A DNA stretch of 64,000 bases from Candidatus Saccharimonadales bacterium (lineage in GTDB: Bacteria; Patescibacteriota; Saccharimonadia; Saccharimonadales; Saccharimonadaceae): contig DASVHL010000033.1 of assembly GCA_036382575.1 (NCBI GenBank), positions 8,389-72,388 of the forward strand, in the 5' to 3' direction. A program made the position numbers and the translations under genes. Under the pieces are notes generated by a model, which saw only the letters and a program-made list of their open reading frames with translations, did no database searches and was not told where the DNA came from. This document shows positions 46,316 through 54,225 of this stretch, one piece after another. Every line of letters starts with the position of its first letter. Positions within the stretch are counted from its first letter, which is position 1.

Positions 46316-46705
46316 TTACAGACCTAGACGCTCGATAGACTCGAGTATCCTCTCAGCGTTCTTCGCATCACGCGCAGCTTCCGGAGACGGATTGACTGCA
46401 TCATGTGCGATTAGCCGATTTGCTTGCACTTTGAGACGCAGGACCGTAAATCCAGGGCTCTCAATGAGCTTTTTCGTCTCATCATCATGAAACTTATATC
46501 TATCGGCTTCCTCTAGGATTTGTCGCCGCTTGTTGTCTTCTTCGGTCATAACTATAACACCCCTTTGATCGTCGAGAACTTGCTCATCCATGCACGCCTC
46601 GTTCCACGAGGATTCAAGCTCCAGTTCGGTTAGCCAACAGCGAAACTCTTCACTTTTTAATGCCTCGTGCAAGGCGGCAAAACTATCATGCTGTTCATCG
46701 GACAT
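46316..46705 (-). CDS. hypothetical acidic protein (129 aa)
   Basis: ATG at 46705 (MSDEQHDSFAAL...). The longer ORF begins at a TTG and looks like a spurious extension. Confidence 0.5.
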   Translation of the reverse strand: MSDEQHDSFAALHEALKSEEFRCWLTELELESSWNEACMDEQVLDDQRGVIVMTEEDNKRRQILEEADRYKFHDDETKKLIESPGFTVLRLKVQANRLIAHDAVNPSPEAARDAKNAERILESIERLGL

Positions 46706-46853
46706 ACTTACCCCAATCAATAGAAATTCAAGATATGCTATACCACCTACCTTTGACGACATAATGCTATCGCGTATGACACTCACCGCGACCTGCCATC
46801 GATTTAACGCCCAACGGCTAATAATTGCAAATATAAGCGGTATGAATGAGTCC

Positions 46854-46892
46854 AAAAAAAGTAAAGAGCCTGTCCCGAAGGAACAGACGCTC
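46854..46892 (-). terminator. rho-independent terminator after the 46909 gene
   Basis: Minus-strand RNA GAGCGUCUGUUCC-UUCG-GGACAGGCUC (bulged stem, UUCG loop) followed by UUUACUUUUUUU. Confidence 0.6.
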
Positions 46893-46908
46893 CACTTTGA
46901 GACAGGCT

Positions 46909-47295
46909 TTAGTCGGTGAGGTTGAGAGTCTTGCGAGTGATTGAACCCTGTACATGGTCAGTCTCAATCTTTTCGGAAAGATCAGGCTCTGGATCCATGA
47001 GCGTCTTGGCCCTGTCTAGTCCGGTAATGAGCTCAAGAACCAGCTCAATCTTACCAACTCTTACGGGTTTTTTGTATTCATCAGTCCGTACGCTACTACG
47101 CTTGACGACGCGGGCGTGCACGTTAATGACCTTTTTTCCATATTTGGCGATTGATGACAAATACGTGCCAGAGTAGAGATCCTTTTTAGCAAGTGCAATC
47201 ATCACCTTATCAGGGAATGGATTGCCGTCATCATCTTTCTTCAAGATGAAAATCCTGACCCGTTGTTCATGGCTTATAATCATTCGAGACCCCAT
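46909..47295 (-). CDS. hypothetical basic protein (128 aa)
   Basis: ATG-initiated ORF, Lys-rich, no recognisable motif. Confidence 0.5.
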   Translation of the reverse strand: MGSRMIISHEQRVRIFILKKDDDGNPFPDKVMIALAKKDLYSGTYLSSIAKYGKKVINVHARVVKRSSVRTDEYKKPVRVGKIELVLELITGLDRAKTLMDPEPDLSEKIETDHVQGSITRKTLNLTD

Positions 47296-47384
47296 TCTCT
47301 CATGTACACACGAAACCGATTTGGCTCATGATATTTATATCTAACCATCAATATTAGACGGAAGCAACCATAACCGCTTTCTAG

Positions 47385-48278
47385 CTAGATCTGTCCGCCA
47401 CTATAGATCGCGACAATCACCATCATCAATGACATCAAACCAGCCGCCTTATACGCGCCGTGGTGCAAACGCCAAGACTTCTTAAATACCTTAGGCAGTT
47501 TGTTTCGATACGCATGTGCCGTAAGGGCCACGACGGTTGCCATAATCAATAGAATGATTGATCCAAGCGCCGCAGGTGTTAATGATTTCACAGCTAGACC
47601 TAGTTGCGAGACAAACCCAACTGGCTGCGCCTGTGCAGGTGTGAAGTCTGCCTTAACGCCTGCTACAGCCGGCGTCGCTTTGCTAGCATACATTGCCACT
47701 ACTAAACTAATCGGCTTGCCATCCATCGTTCCGTCAACAACGGCAAATCCAACTTCATGATAGTTAGTACTAAGTACATTAGCGCGGTGCTCTGGTGAAT
47801 CCATCCAAGCTGTCGTTACCGCGTCAGCAGATCGAAAGTTTTTGGCTAAGTTCTCACCTGCATGTGAATAGTTGTACCCAACATCACCAAGCCACTTCCA
47901 CGGCTGCGTACCATCAGGTGCTGCATGCGCCCAGTATTGCCTTTGTAGCATATCTTGCGCTTTCAAAAAGGCTGCACGGTTCAACTCGTCACTTACTTGC
48001 AACGGCTGCAATTGTGCTTCTGCACGACGCGCGTTAGTATCACCTAACAAATCGACACTACTAATATTCTCTTCGATACCCAAAACAGACCCAGTGGTTC
48101 CGACATTATAGCTAACCTGCAAACCGATAATTAGCAGTAGCAGTACCGCTAGACCATATCGCCTTGTTGCATGCGGGCGGTATTGATTAGCCTTATGTGG
48201 AACAAAAGCTAATTTCAGATGGCGCTGTACATGCGCTTTTATAGGGGTTGTTTTTCTGGTTTTTTGTTTTGTTTTCAC
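47385..48278 (-). CDS. membrane-anchored CAP/SCP (PR-1, YkwD-like) domain protein
   Basis: CAP-like core (NARRAEAQLQPLQVSDELNRAAFLKAQDM...YWAH...GENLA...WMDSPEHRANVL...EVGFAV), an N-terminal TM and C-terminal TMs. GTG start. Confidence 0.75.
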   Translation of the reverse strand: MKTKQKTRKTTPIKAHVQRHLKLAFVPHKANQYRPHATRRYGLAVLLLLIIGLQVSYNVGTTGSVLGIEENISSVDLLGDTNARRAEAQLQPLQVSDELNRAAFLKAQDMLQRQYWAHAAPDGTQPWKWLGDVGYNYSHAGENLAKNFRSADAVTTAWMDSPEHRANVLSTNYHEVGFAVVDGTMDGKPISLVVAMYASKATPAVAGVKADFTPAQAQPVGFVSQLGLAVKSLTPAALGSIILLIMATVVALTAHAYRNKLPKVFKKSWRLHHGAYKAAGLMSLMMVIVAIYSGGQI

Positions 48279-48308
48279 TTGTGCTTAACAGTATAGATAA
48301 TATGACAT

Positions 48309-48341
48309 AAAAAAGCGAGAGGCTCCACTATCACCTCTCGC
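48309..48341 (-). terminator. rho-independent terminator after the LTD surface-protein gene
   Basis: Stem GCGAGAGG / CCTCTCGC, 11-nt loop. U-run on the minus strand. Confidence 0.75.
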
Positions 48342-48362
48342 AATTTTATATAAAGCTATGCC

Positions 48363-51146
48363 CTACTGCGCGTTTTGACGACGAGCGGCAATCCACCAGA
48401 TAGCACCGACAATAGCAACTAGAATCAGTAGCCACCAATACCATGCAAGGTTGAATAATTGCCAGCCGCTTGCACTTGGTGCAATGGCCGCAACGTTTCG
48501 AGTGATATCAGATGCATCACCGTTTTCGTTCGTTGTTTGTGTACCAAGGACGGCAGTATCGTCAGTCGTAGGCTGAGCGGCGCCTACAGCAGCTGCAAAT
48601 ACGTTAGCTGCACCAGGATTAGCCAAAAAGCCAGCAAGAGGTGCCACCAAAGGCAGTTCGCTAATAGTTGGGTTGTCATTCTGAGAAGTATTACTCTTAA
48701 CAGGCAATACACTTGCGAACGTTACACCGTCTGGTTCCGCTAGTGGCGTAAGATTAACAGATTTTGTTATTGAAGAGTTGGATGCGCCCGTTCCGACAAC
48801 AGTCACAACAGCTTTTATGGGCTTAGTCGTATCAGAGATGCTGTGCTGGCCAAGGGTCCAGTATTCCTCTACATAGCTACCCCCAGTAGTGATAAATGGA
48901 GTACTTAACTGTGTTGTGCCACCGCTAATGAGGTCAAGTAGCTTTTGATTATGAGTATTTGTTGCCAATAGGTTATCGTCGGCATCATAAAGCGCCACTG
49001 AAACAGCGCTGACTGTCTTGAAGTTACTAATACTAAATCCAACATTAATACCTTTGTAGTCAGCTCCTGCATGCGTATTAAAGTTCTCGCCTAATACTTC
49101 TGGCTGTGGATTAATTACATTAAAGGTAAATGAATAACCGGCCGAGTTTCCTGCCTTATCTTTGCTGGATACTTTAATTTGATGCAGACCATCATTCCAC
49201 CTAGTAGTGTCGACGCTTAAATCGGCGCTATTGGTATAGAATTCTTTTCCAACCATTTTACGCCATATTCCACCGCTATCTTTTTCCATGTATTCGACAT
49301 ACATCGTTGATGGATTTGCTTCGACTTGGTGTATTGTAAATACCTTTGTACCAGCTACGGTTGAATCTTTATCAGGTGAACCCGTAATCTCTGGAGCTGT
49401 TTTATCATAGACAATGCTAAATGGCGCAGTCCAGGCAGATGTATTGCCAGCAGCATCTACGCTGCGAACAGCAAGATAATGCTGACCTTCACCCTGATTA
49501 AACACGCCTGGGTTGGCTGTGCCCGTGCCTACATTCCAATATGCAGCATCGGCTTCAGTTTTGTTGTATGCACTGCCGTCAATTGTATTCCAGTATTTGT
49601 AGTCATATGAAACGGAATTAGTGTCGGATCCAGCAGTCCATTTTGCATTTACCTCATAGGCATTTGTATAGCCATTTGTAATTTGCTTACCAGCTTTTGT
49701 GAATAACTGAAAGTTAGTTGGCGCCGTTGGAGCTGTTTTATCATATGTTATCGCAAACGGCTGTGTAAATGCCGAACAATTATTTGATGCATCACATGCG
49801 CTGAAGCTAAAGTAGTGTGTACCCTCGCCTTGACTAAAACGATCGTTATATACGCCTAATGATGACGAATATCCTGACATATCATTAAGTGTCCATGCGT
49901 TCGCTGCACCATTAAATCCAGAGCTAGCGATTGAGTTCCAATATTTAAGCTGGTATTTTACTGTTTCATCAGCTGATAGGTTTGCTAATTTGAATGTAAA
50001 GTTTTCAGTCGTGGTATAACCGTCAGTGTATTTCTGTGAACCATTCGCATCAAACATAGCAACTGCAGGAACTTCTGGTGCTGTCGTATCAAGCCCAAAT
50101 GTATAATCCGTACATCCTAATGAAATTCGCTTAATAACACCGTCACCAAGAACACCCGACCCTAAACTATAACCGATAGCCACTACACGTGCCTGTGGGA
50201 ATGCGGCAGACCATTCGTTTGGTTCGCCGTACCATGCAGATCCATAGCCACCACCTGTATGAGGCGCACCTGCCTTAGCAAATGGAGCTGAACCATCAGA
50301 TAGCCACCAATTATTTCCATAGACAGTCTCACCGACAAGAATACCATCGGGTTGATTATCATTATTAAAGTCAACAACCATCTGAAGACCTGGCTTTCCG
50401 CCTGATTTCAATTCGTAATCAAATGATTGAGCAATCGTTTTGTCACCAAGATTTGAAAGCGCAAAATCGGTGCTGTAATAACCCGCTACTTTGTCTGTAG
50501 TTGTCGAGCCTTCAGTCCAAACACGTAGGCCACCATCTACAAGTTCGTTATGACCAGTCGCACGAGTTTCAGATTGATTCCATGATGCCAAGTTAGTTGT
50601 ATGAACTTGGTTTGTTACCGTACAGGCAGCCAAAGGAGCGAGTCCATTACTAGCATTTTTCGTTGGTGTTGCCTGTGAAACGAATGTGTCTGCCGCATCA
50701 TATGTACGGGCATAGGTTTTAGCCTGTGCAATGGCTGAATATGCGACTGAGTTTACCATATTTCCGTTAGCATCCTCAAGACCAAGCGTCTCACCATCAT
50801 TACTTATATAGCTACTCGCGTCAGGACCATCAACAACCACAAAACCTTTAGCTGTAATAGATGACGATTGAATAGCGTATTTTTGATTGCCGTTAAATAA
50901 AATATTCCAACCTGCCAAAGAGATGTCAGCTGAAGTAGGATTATATAGTTCAATCCACTCGTTCTGACCATCCGCGGGATGTGCCATGATCTCGTTAATT
51001 ACCACACGATCAGCGATTGGTGCAGCACTGGCTATCTGCGAAGACACAAAGCCGTACGACGGTTGCGCTACAAGAGCAAAAACCATCATTAAAGTTGTTA
51101 TAATACGAACTTTTGCTGACGAATTTCGCCGAAGTTGTAGTGCCAT
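48363..51146 (-). CDS. giant surface protein: lamin-tail domain (LTD) plus tandem Ig-like modules and a C-terminal WYWW anchor
   Basis: Signal peptide from ATG 51146. LTD signature VVINEIMAHPADGQNEWIELYNPTSADISLAGW. Repeated modules ending Y(D)KTAP(E/T). C-terminal GWQLFNLAWYWWLLILVAIVGAIWWIAARR. Confidence 0.75.
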   Translation of the reverse strand: MALQLRRNSSAKVRIITTLMMVFALVAQPSYGFVSSQIASAAPIADRVVINEIMAHPADGQNEWIELYNPTSADISLAGWNILFNGNQKYAIQSSSITAKGFVVVDGPDASSYISNDGETLGLEDANGNMVNSVAYSAIAQAKTYARTYDAADTFVSQATPTKNASNGLAPLAACTVTNQVHTTNLASWNQSETRATGHNELVDGGLRVWTEGSTTTDKVAGYYSTDFALSNLGDKTIAQSFDYELKSGGKPGLQMVVDFNNDNQPDGILVGETVYGNNWWLSDGSAPFAKAGAPHTGGGYGSAWYGEPNEWSAAFPQARVVAIGYSLGSGVLGDGVIKRISLGCTDYTFGLDTTAPEVPAVAMFDANGSQKYTDGYTTTENFTFKLANLSADETVKYQLKYWNSIASSGFNGAANAWTLNDMSGYSSSLGVYNDRFSQGEGTHYFSFSACDASNNCSAFTQPFAITYDKTAPTAPTNFQLFTKAGKQITNGYTNAYEVNAKWTAGSDTNSVSYDYKYWNTIDGSAYNKTEADAAYWNVGTGTANPGVFNQGEGQHYLAVRSVDAAGNTSAWTAPFSIVYDKTAPEITGSPDKDSTVAGTKVFTIHQVEANPSTMYVEYMEKDSGGIWRKMVGKEFYTNSADLSVDTTRWNDGLHQIKVSSKDKAGNSAGYSFTFNVINPQPEVLGENFNTHAGADYKGINVGFSISNFKTVSAVSVALYDADDNLLATNTHNQKLLDLISGGTTQLSTPFITTGGSYVEEYWTLGQHSISDTTKPIKAVVTVVGTGASNSSITKSVNLTPLAEPDGVTFASVLPVKSNTSQNDNPTISELPLVAPLAGFLANPGAANVFAAAVGAAQPTTDDTAVLGTQTTNENGDASDITRNVAAIAPSASGWQLFNLAWYWWLLILVAIVGAIWWIAARRQNAQ

Positions 51147-51216
51147 ATTGAATTGTCTCGCTTTCCCACACTCCACATGTAGTATTACTTTGCGCCTACT
51201 ATACCATACTGAGAGT

Positions 51217-51843
51217 TTACTGACCAGCTGATGAGTATGTCGGCCTAAAGCGACCTGACAGGAATAAATAACGTATACCAAAAGCGAGTGCACCAATAGC
51301 AGCTAGCCACCAATACCAAGCAACGCCGAACAGTCGCCACCCTTCCTCGCTTGCCTGAATGGGAAGATCCGCAATAGTCGAGGCTTGTGCTAACACCGGC
51401 CTATCTGCAGTTGAGGGTCGTGCATTTGCAAGATAAACCAGCGGTAAAAGTGGTTGATGTATATCGCTGGTATCGATTGGTGCAAGTGGCTCTAGTGGCT
51501 GCATGTCAGATGCCTCCGATCCTGCAGCAGCTGCATCGCCATATACAACTGGAGATGCCGTTGATGATGCCTGATTTGATCCGCTTTGTGAAGACGCGTT
51601 TCCCGACGATGAATTTGACTTGGTAGATTCACTACGGGGTTGGCTCGGGGGGCTACTATTACTAGGAAGCAGCTGAATAACTGGCTGCGTTATCGTATCG
51701 AGTAACCTATCCGCTCCAAGCGGTAAGGCATTTGCTGAGTGAGTATGAAAAAGATTCAGGAAGGCTGGCATCACGAGCAGACTCACGATCAAGATAGCTC
51801 TCACAGGAACCGCCACGTGAACACCTCGCATGTGTTTCGTCAT
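51217..51843 (-). CDS. Ser-rich secreted protein with the same C-terminal WYWW anchor
   Basis: ATG 51843 gives MTKHMRGVHVAVPVRAILIVSLLVMPAF...ANA. Low-complexity S/N-rich middle section. C-terminal GWRLFGVAWYWWLAAIGALAFG. Confidence 0.55.
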   Translation of the reverse strand: MTKHMRGVHVAVPVRAILIVSLLVMPAFLNLFHTHSANALPLGADRLLDTITQPVIQLLPSNSSPPSQPRSESTKSNSSSGNASSQSGSNQASSTASPVVYGDAAAAGSEASDMQPLEPLAPIDTSDIHQPLLPLVYLANARPSTADRPVLAQASTIADLPIQASEEGWRLFGVAWYWWLAAIGALAFGIRYLFLSGRFRPTYSSAGQ

Positions 51844-51930
51844 AGTACCACCTCCACTGTCGCCGCAAATAAACGGGATAGTACATCCCATTATACCATA
51901 GGCAGAATGGCGACCAACAATTGAGGAGGG

Positions 51931-52305
51931 CTATTTAGACTGAAGCTTGTCCATATGGCTATGACTCAGGCCATAATAATGGGCAATCTCATGCCATAAC
52001 GTACGTTTAATTTGTTCACGCAGTTCGGCCTCATCGTTGACGACGCGGAGAATAGAATGCTTAAACAGCGTAATCTTATCAGGGAGCATTGTCATTCCGC
52101 CAGATCGTTCCGTCAGCGGAACACCTTCATACAGGCCCAGTAGAACATGTTGGTTATCAAGCTTCATCTTGATCACCTGTTCGGGTGTCGGTTCATCGGC
52201 CTGAACAATCACGACATTATTAAGCCCGGTGATATATTCTTGTGGCAAATCATCCATTGCATTAGTAATCAGGTGATCGAATTGTTCATCGGTCAGTTGC
52301 ATCAT
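51931..52305 (-). CDS. minimal zincin-like metallopeptidase family protein (DUF1025/Zincin_1-like)
   Basis: HEIAH (HExxH) near the C-terminus of a 124-aa acidic protein. Confidence 0.7.
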   Translation of the reverse strand: MMQLTDEQFDHLITNAMDDLPQEYITGLNNVVIVQADEPTPEQVIKMKLDNQHVLLGLYEGVPLTERSGGMTMLPDKITLFKHSILRVVNDEAELREQIKRTLWHEIAHYYGLSHSHMDKLQSK

Positions 52306-52337
52306 AGTGTCTCTATTATACTATAAAAAATATAGTA

Positions 52338-52556
52338 TTAGTCCTGGCTAAATGTCAGATTATCAGCTTCGCTTTGAATGTCTGCTGTGATTGATTCAAG
52401 ATACGCCGCCAAGTCCTCTTCTCCGGGTCGTTCATTTAAAACGATATGCTCCGGTTCTGACTGTTCGGCTACAATTTCTTCACGCAAACCATCGCCCAGT
52501 GGGTCGATAGGTGTGAATGAGATTGATCCGATAAGGTGCTTTAAAAAATGTGACAT
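52338..52556 (-). CDS. hypothetical small acidic protein (72 aa)
   Basis: ATG ORF with no motif. Sits in the same orientation, between the amidotransferase gene (upstream) and the zincin gene (downstream). Confidence 0.4.
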   Translation of the reverse strand: MSHFLKHLIGSISFTPIDPLGDGLREEIVAEQSEPEHIVLNERPGEEDLAAYLESITADIQSEADNLTFSQD

Positions 52557-52649
52557 AAATACTTTGTTTGTTTTATTTGATTATGTATCAATACTAACAT
52601 AAACATCATAAAATGTCAATGATCATCGCCTTTACTGCCCAAGAGAATC

Positions 52650-53414
52650 CTACTTTTTAGGTGAGATGGCTGCAATCAGTTGGGCTACTGTTTTTGAGCG
52701 AATAAGTCCACGAGGTGCTTTGGACGGCTGCAGTCGCTGGGCACAATGCGCGACGAATACCCCGTATATATTTGGCGCCGTATGGTCTGATTCTGCATGC
52801 CACTGAACACCAACGTGGCCGCGGCCCATTATTGCCTCGACCCCACCATCATCCGATCGCGCAATAATCTGAAAATCGGGAGCTATCTTATGGACTGCCT
52901 GATGATGCCGTGAGGCAACTGTTACCTTATCGCCAGCTGAATATCCAAGGAAGTCTTGAGCAAAGGTCACCGTATGCATAGCCGCCTGCTTGCTCGTGCC
53001 GTGATCAACGTGACTTTCAAGGTCATCGTTTACATCCTGATACAACGTCCCGCCGTAATGAACATTCAGTAATTGTTCACCGTAACAAATCCCCAGAATA
53101 GGGCGACTCCATTCATCACAAGCGTCAATCAGTTGCCGTTCCCAATTAGTTCGCTGACGCGGTTCTAGATCAGCCGATCCTTGCTGAGTTTGACCATATA
53201 GTGTCGGGTCGATGTCTTCCCCGCCGCTAATAACCACACCGTCGCACAGTTTTGCCGCTACTAATGGGTCAATCCCTGGATCCAAAAAAAGCGGTTGACC
53301 ACCCGCTGCACGCACCGCCTCACTATATTCTCGGCGGACGTAGTTATATTCGACACCCTTATTTATAAGATCGTTATTGTCGTAACACATTGTGATGCCG
53401 ATAACTGGTTGCAT
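52650..53414 (-). CDS. class I glutamine amidotransferase / gamma-glutamyl hydrolase (peptidase C26) family
   Basis: Nucleophile elbow GICYGEQLL and a His region HHQAV..., WH. Confidence 0.8.
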   Translation of the reverse strand: MQPVIGITMCYDNNDLINKGVEYNYVRREYSEAVRAAGGQPLFLDPGIDPLVAAKLCDGVVISGGEDIDPTLYGQTQQGSADLEPRQRTNWERQLIDACDEWSRPILGICYGEQLLNVHYGGTLYQDVNDDLESHVDHGTSKQAAMHTVTFAQDFLGYSAGDKVTVASRHHQAVHKIAPDFQIIARSDDGGVEAIMGRGHVGVQWHAESDHTAPNIYGVFVAHCAQRLQPSKAPRGLIRSKTVAQLIAAISPKK

Positions 53415-53474
53415 GTTTATTTTTCCTGCTTATGATTCCGTTATACGCCCTCTGGCTAGATAAATCAATCAGCT

Positions 53475-53480
53475 TATACT
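53475..53480 (+). promoter_or_regulatory. -10 box (TATACT) 11 nt upstream of ATG 53492
   Basis: agctTATACTaaactgttatcATG, with no SD. Confidence 0.35.
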
Positions 53481-53491
53481 AAACTGTTATC

Positions 53492-54160
53492 ATGAAACAT
53501 CCCCATATCGCACGAACACTTACCGGAATTGGCATTATTATTATCGGGCTTGCCGCACTCGTCGCTAGTTTTGGCGTCTTCGACTTCGAGACTATTCTCT
53601 CTAAATGGTGGCCGACGCTTGTGATTGCCGGTGGTATCCTTGCGCTTGTTAACAACCTTCAGCGTCCACTGTGGCCGATTGTCGTAATTATCATTGGAGT
53701 ATTATGGCAACTTGAGAATTTTAACCTGATCCAATTTGATGTTTGGCAACTATTTTGGCCAGCAATTATTATTGCGATCGGTTGGTCGGTGATTCAAAAT
53801 CACGACAAAAACCCGCTGGTTACCGAATCTCGCGATACCGACGACATTTCTGTTGTGTTTGGTGGAGTTGACACAAAAAATGAATCGAAGGATTACAAGG
53901 GTGGTAAAGCCTCTGTCGTTCTAGGCGCCGGCGTTCTCGATCTGCGTCACGCTGTGATTAAAAAAGAAGCAACTCTTAATGTCTTCTCTATGATGGGCGG
54001 TCTTGAGATTAAAGTGCCAGAAGGATGGGCGGTCCGCACAAAGGTCAGTCCAATTCTTGGAGGTGTTGAGAACAAGGCCATGTCACTCGACAAACCTGGT
54101 GCACCCGTCCTGACAATCACTGGTAGCGCTATTATGAGCGGTATCGAAATTAAGCACTAG
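53492..54160 (+). CDS. LiaF-like (DUF2154) membrane protein
   Basis: Four or five N-terminal TM helices plus a C-terminal domain (VVFGGVDTKN...LNVFSMMGGLEIKVPEGW) resembling the LiaF C-domain. Confidence 0.55.
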   Translation: MKHPHIARTLTGIGIIIIGLAALVASFGVFDFETILSKWWPTLVIAGGILALVNNLQRPLWPIVVIIIGVLWQLENFNLIQFDVWQLFWPAIIIAIGWSVIQNHDKNPLVTESRDTDDISVVFGGVDTKNESKDYKGGKASVVLGAGVLDLRHAVIKKEATLNVFSMMGGLEIKVPEGWAVRTKVSPILGGVENKAMSLDKPGAPVLTITGSAIMSGIEIKH

Positions 54161-54175
54161 ACGCTCACTCACTAG

Positions 54176-54209
54176 TAAAATACCCGCTCTACATAAGCGG
54201 GTATTTTTA
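54176..54209. terminator. bidirectional rho-independent terminator
   Basis: Stem ATACCCGCT / AGCGGGTAT, 7-nt loop, with A and T runs on either side. Lies between convergent genes. Confidence 0.8.
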
Positions 54210-54225
54210 TTATGCAATTATGATT

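Noticed and set aside
46267-46908. Considered whether the related hairpins mark integron attC sites or a MITE carrying the two small ORFs.
   Set aside because: There are no GTTRRRY/RYYYAAC core sites, no integrase, no terminal inverted repeats flanking the pair as a unit, and no target-site duplication. The second hairpin is a conventional U-tract terminator.
43093-51146. Looked for diversity-generating retroelement signatures (template/variable repeat pairs, reverse transcriptase) around the giant surface proteins.
   Set aside because: There is no RT ORF in the window. The internal similarities are protein-domain repeats (RCC1 blades, Ig-like modules) with diverged DNA, not near-identical TR/VR pairs with adenine-specific mismatches.
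48363-51296. N-terminal extensions in the ORF track (for example 51296 for the LTD gene, 3932, 45783, 46855, 57138, 25183, 12506).
   Set aside because: Several of the extensions begin at TTG or GTG (45783, 46855, 25183). Each runs into a neighbouring gene or terminator and precedes an obvious signal peptide or conserved N-terminus. Internal ATGs with an SD or a -10 context were preferred.
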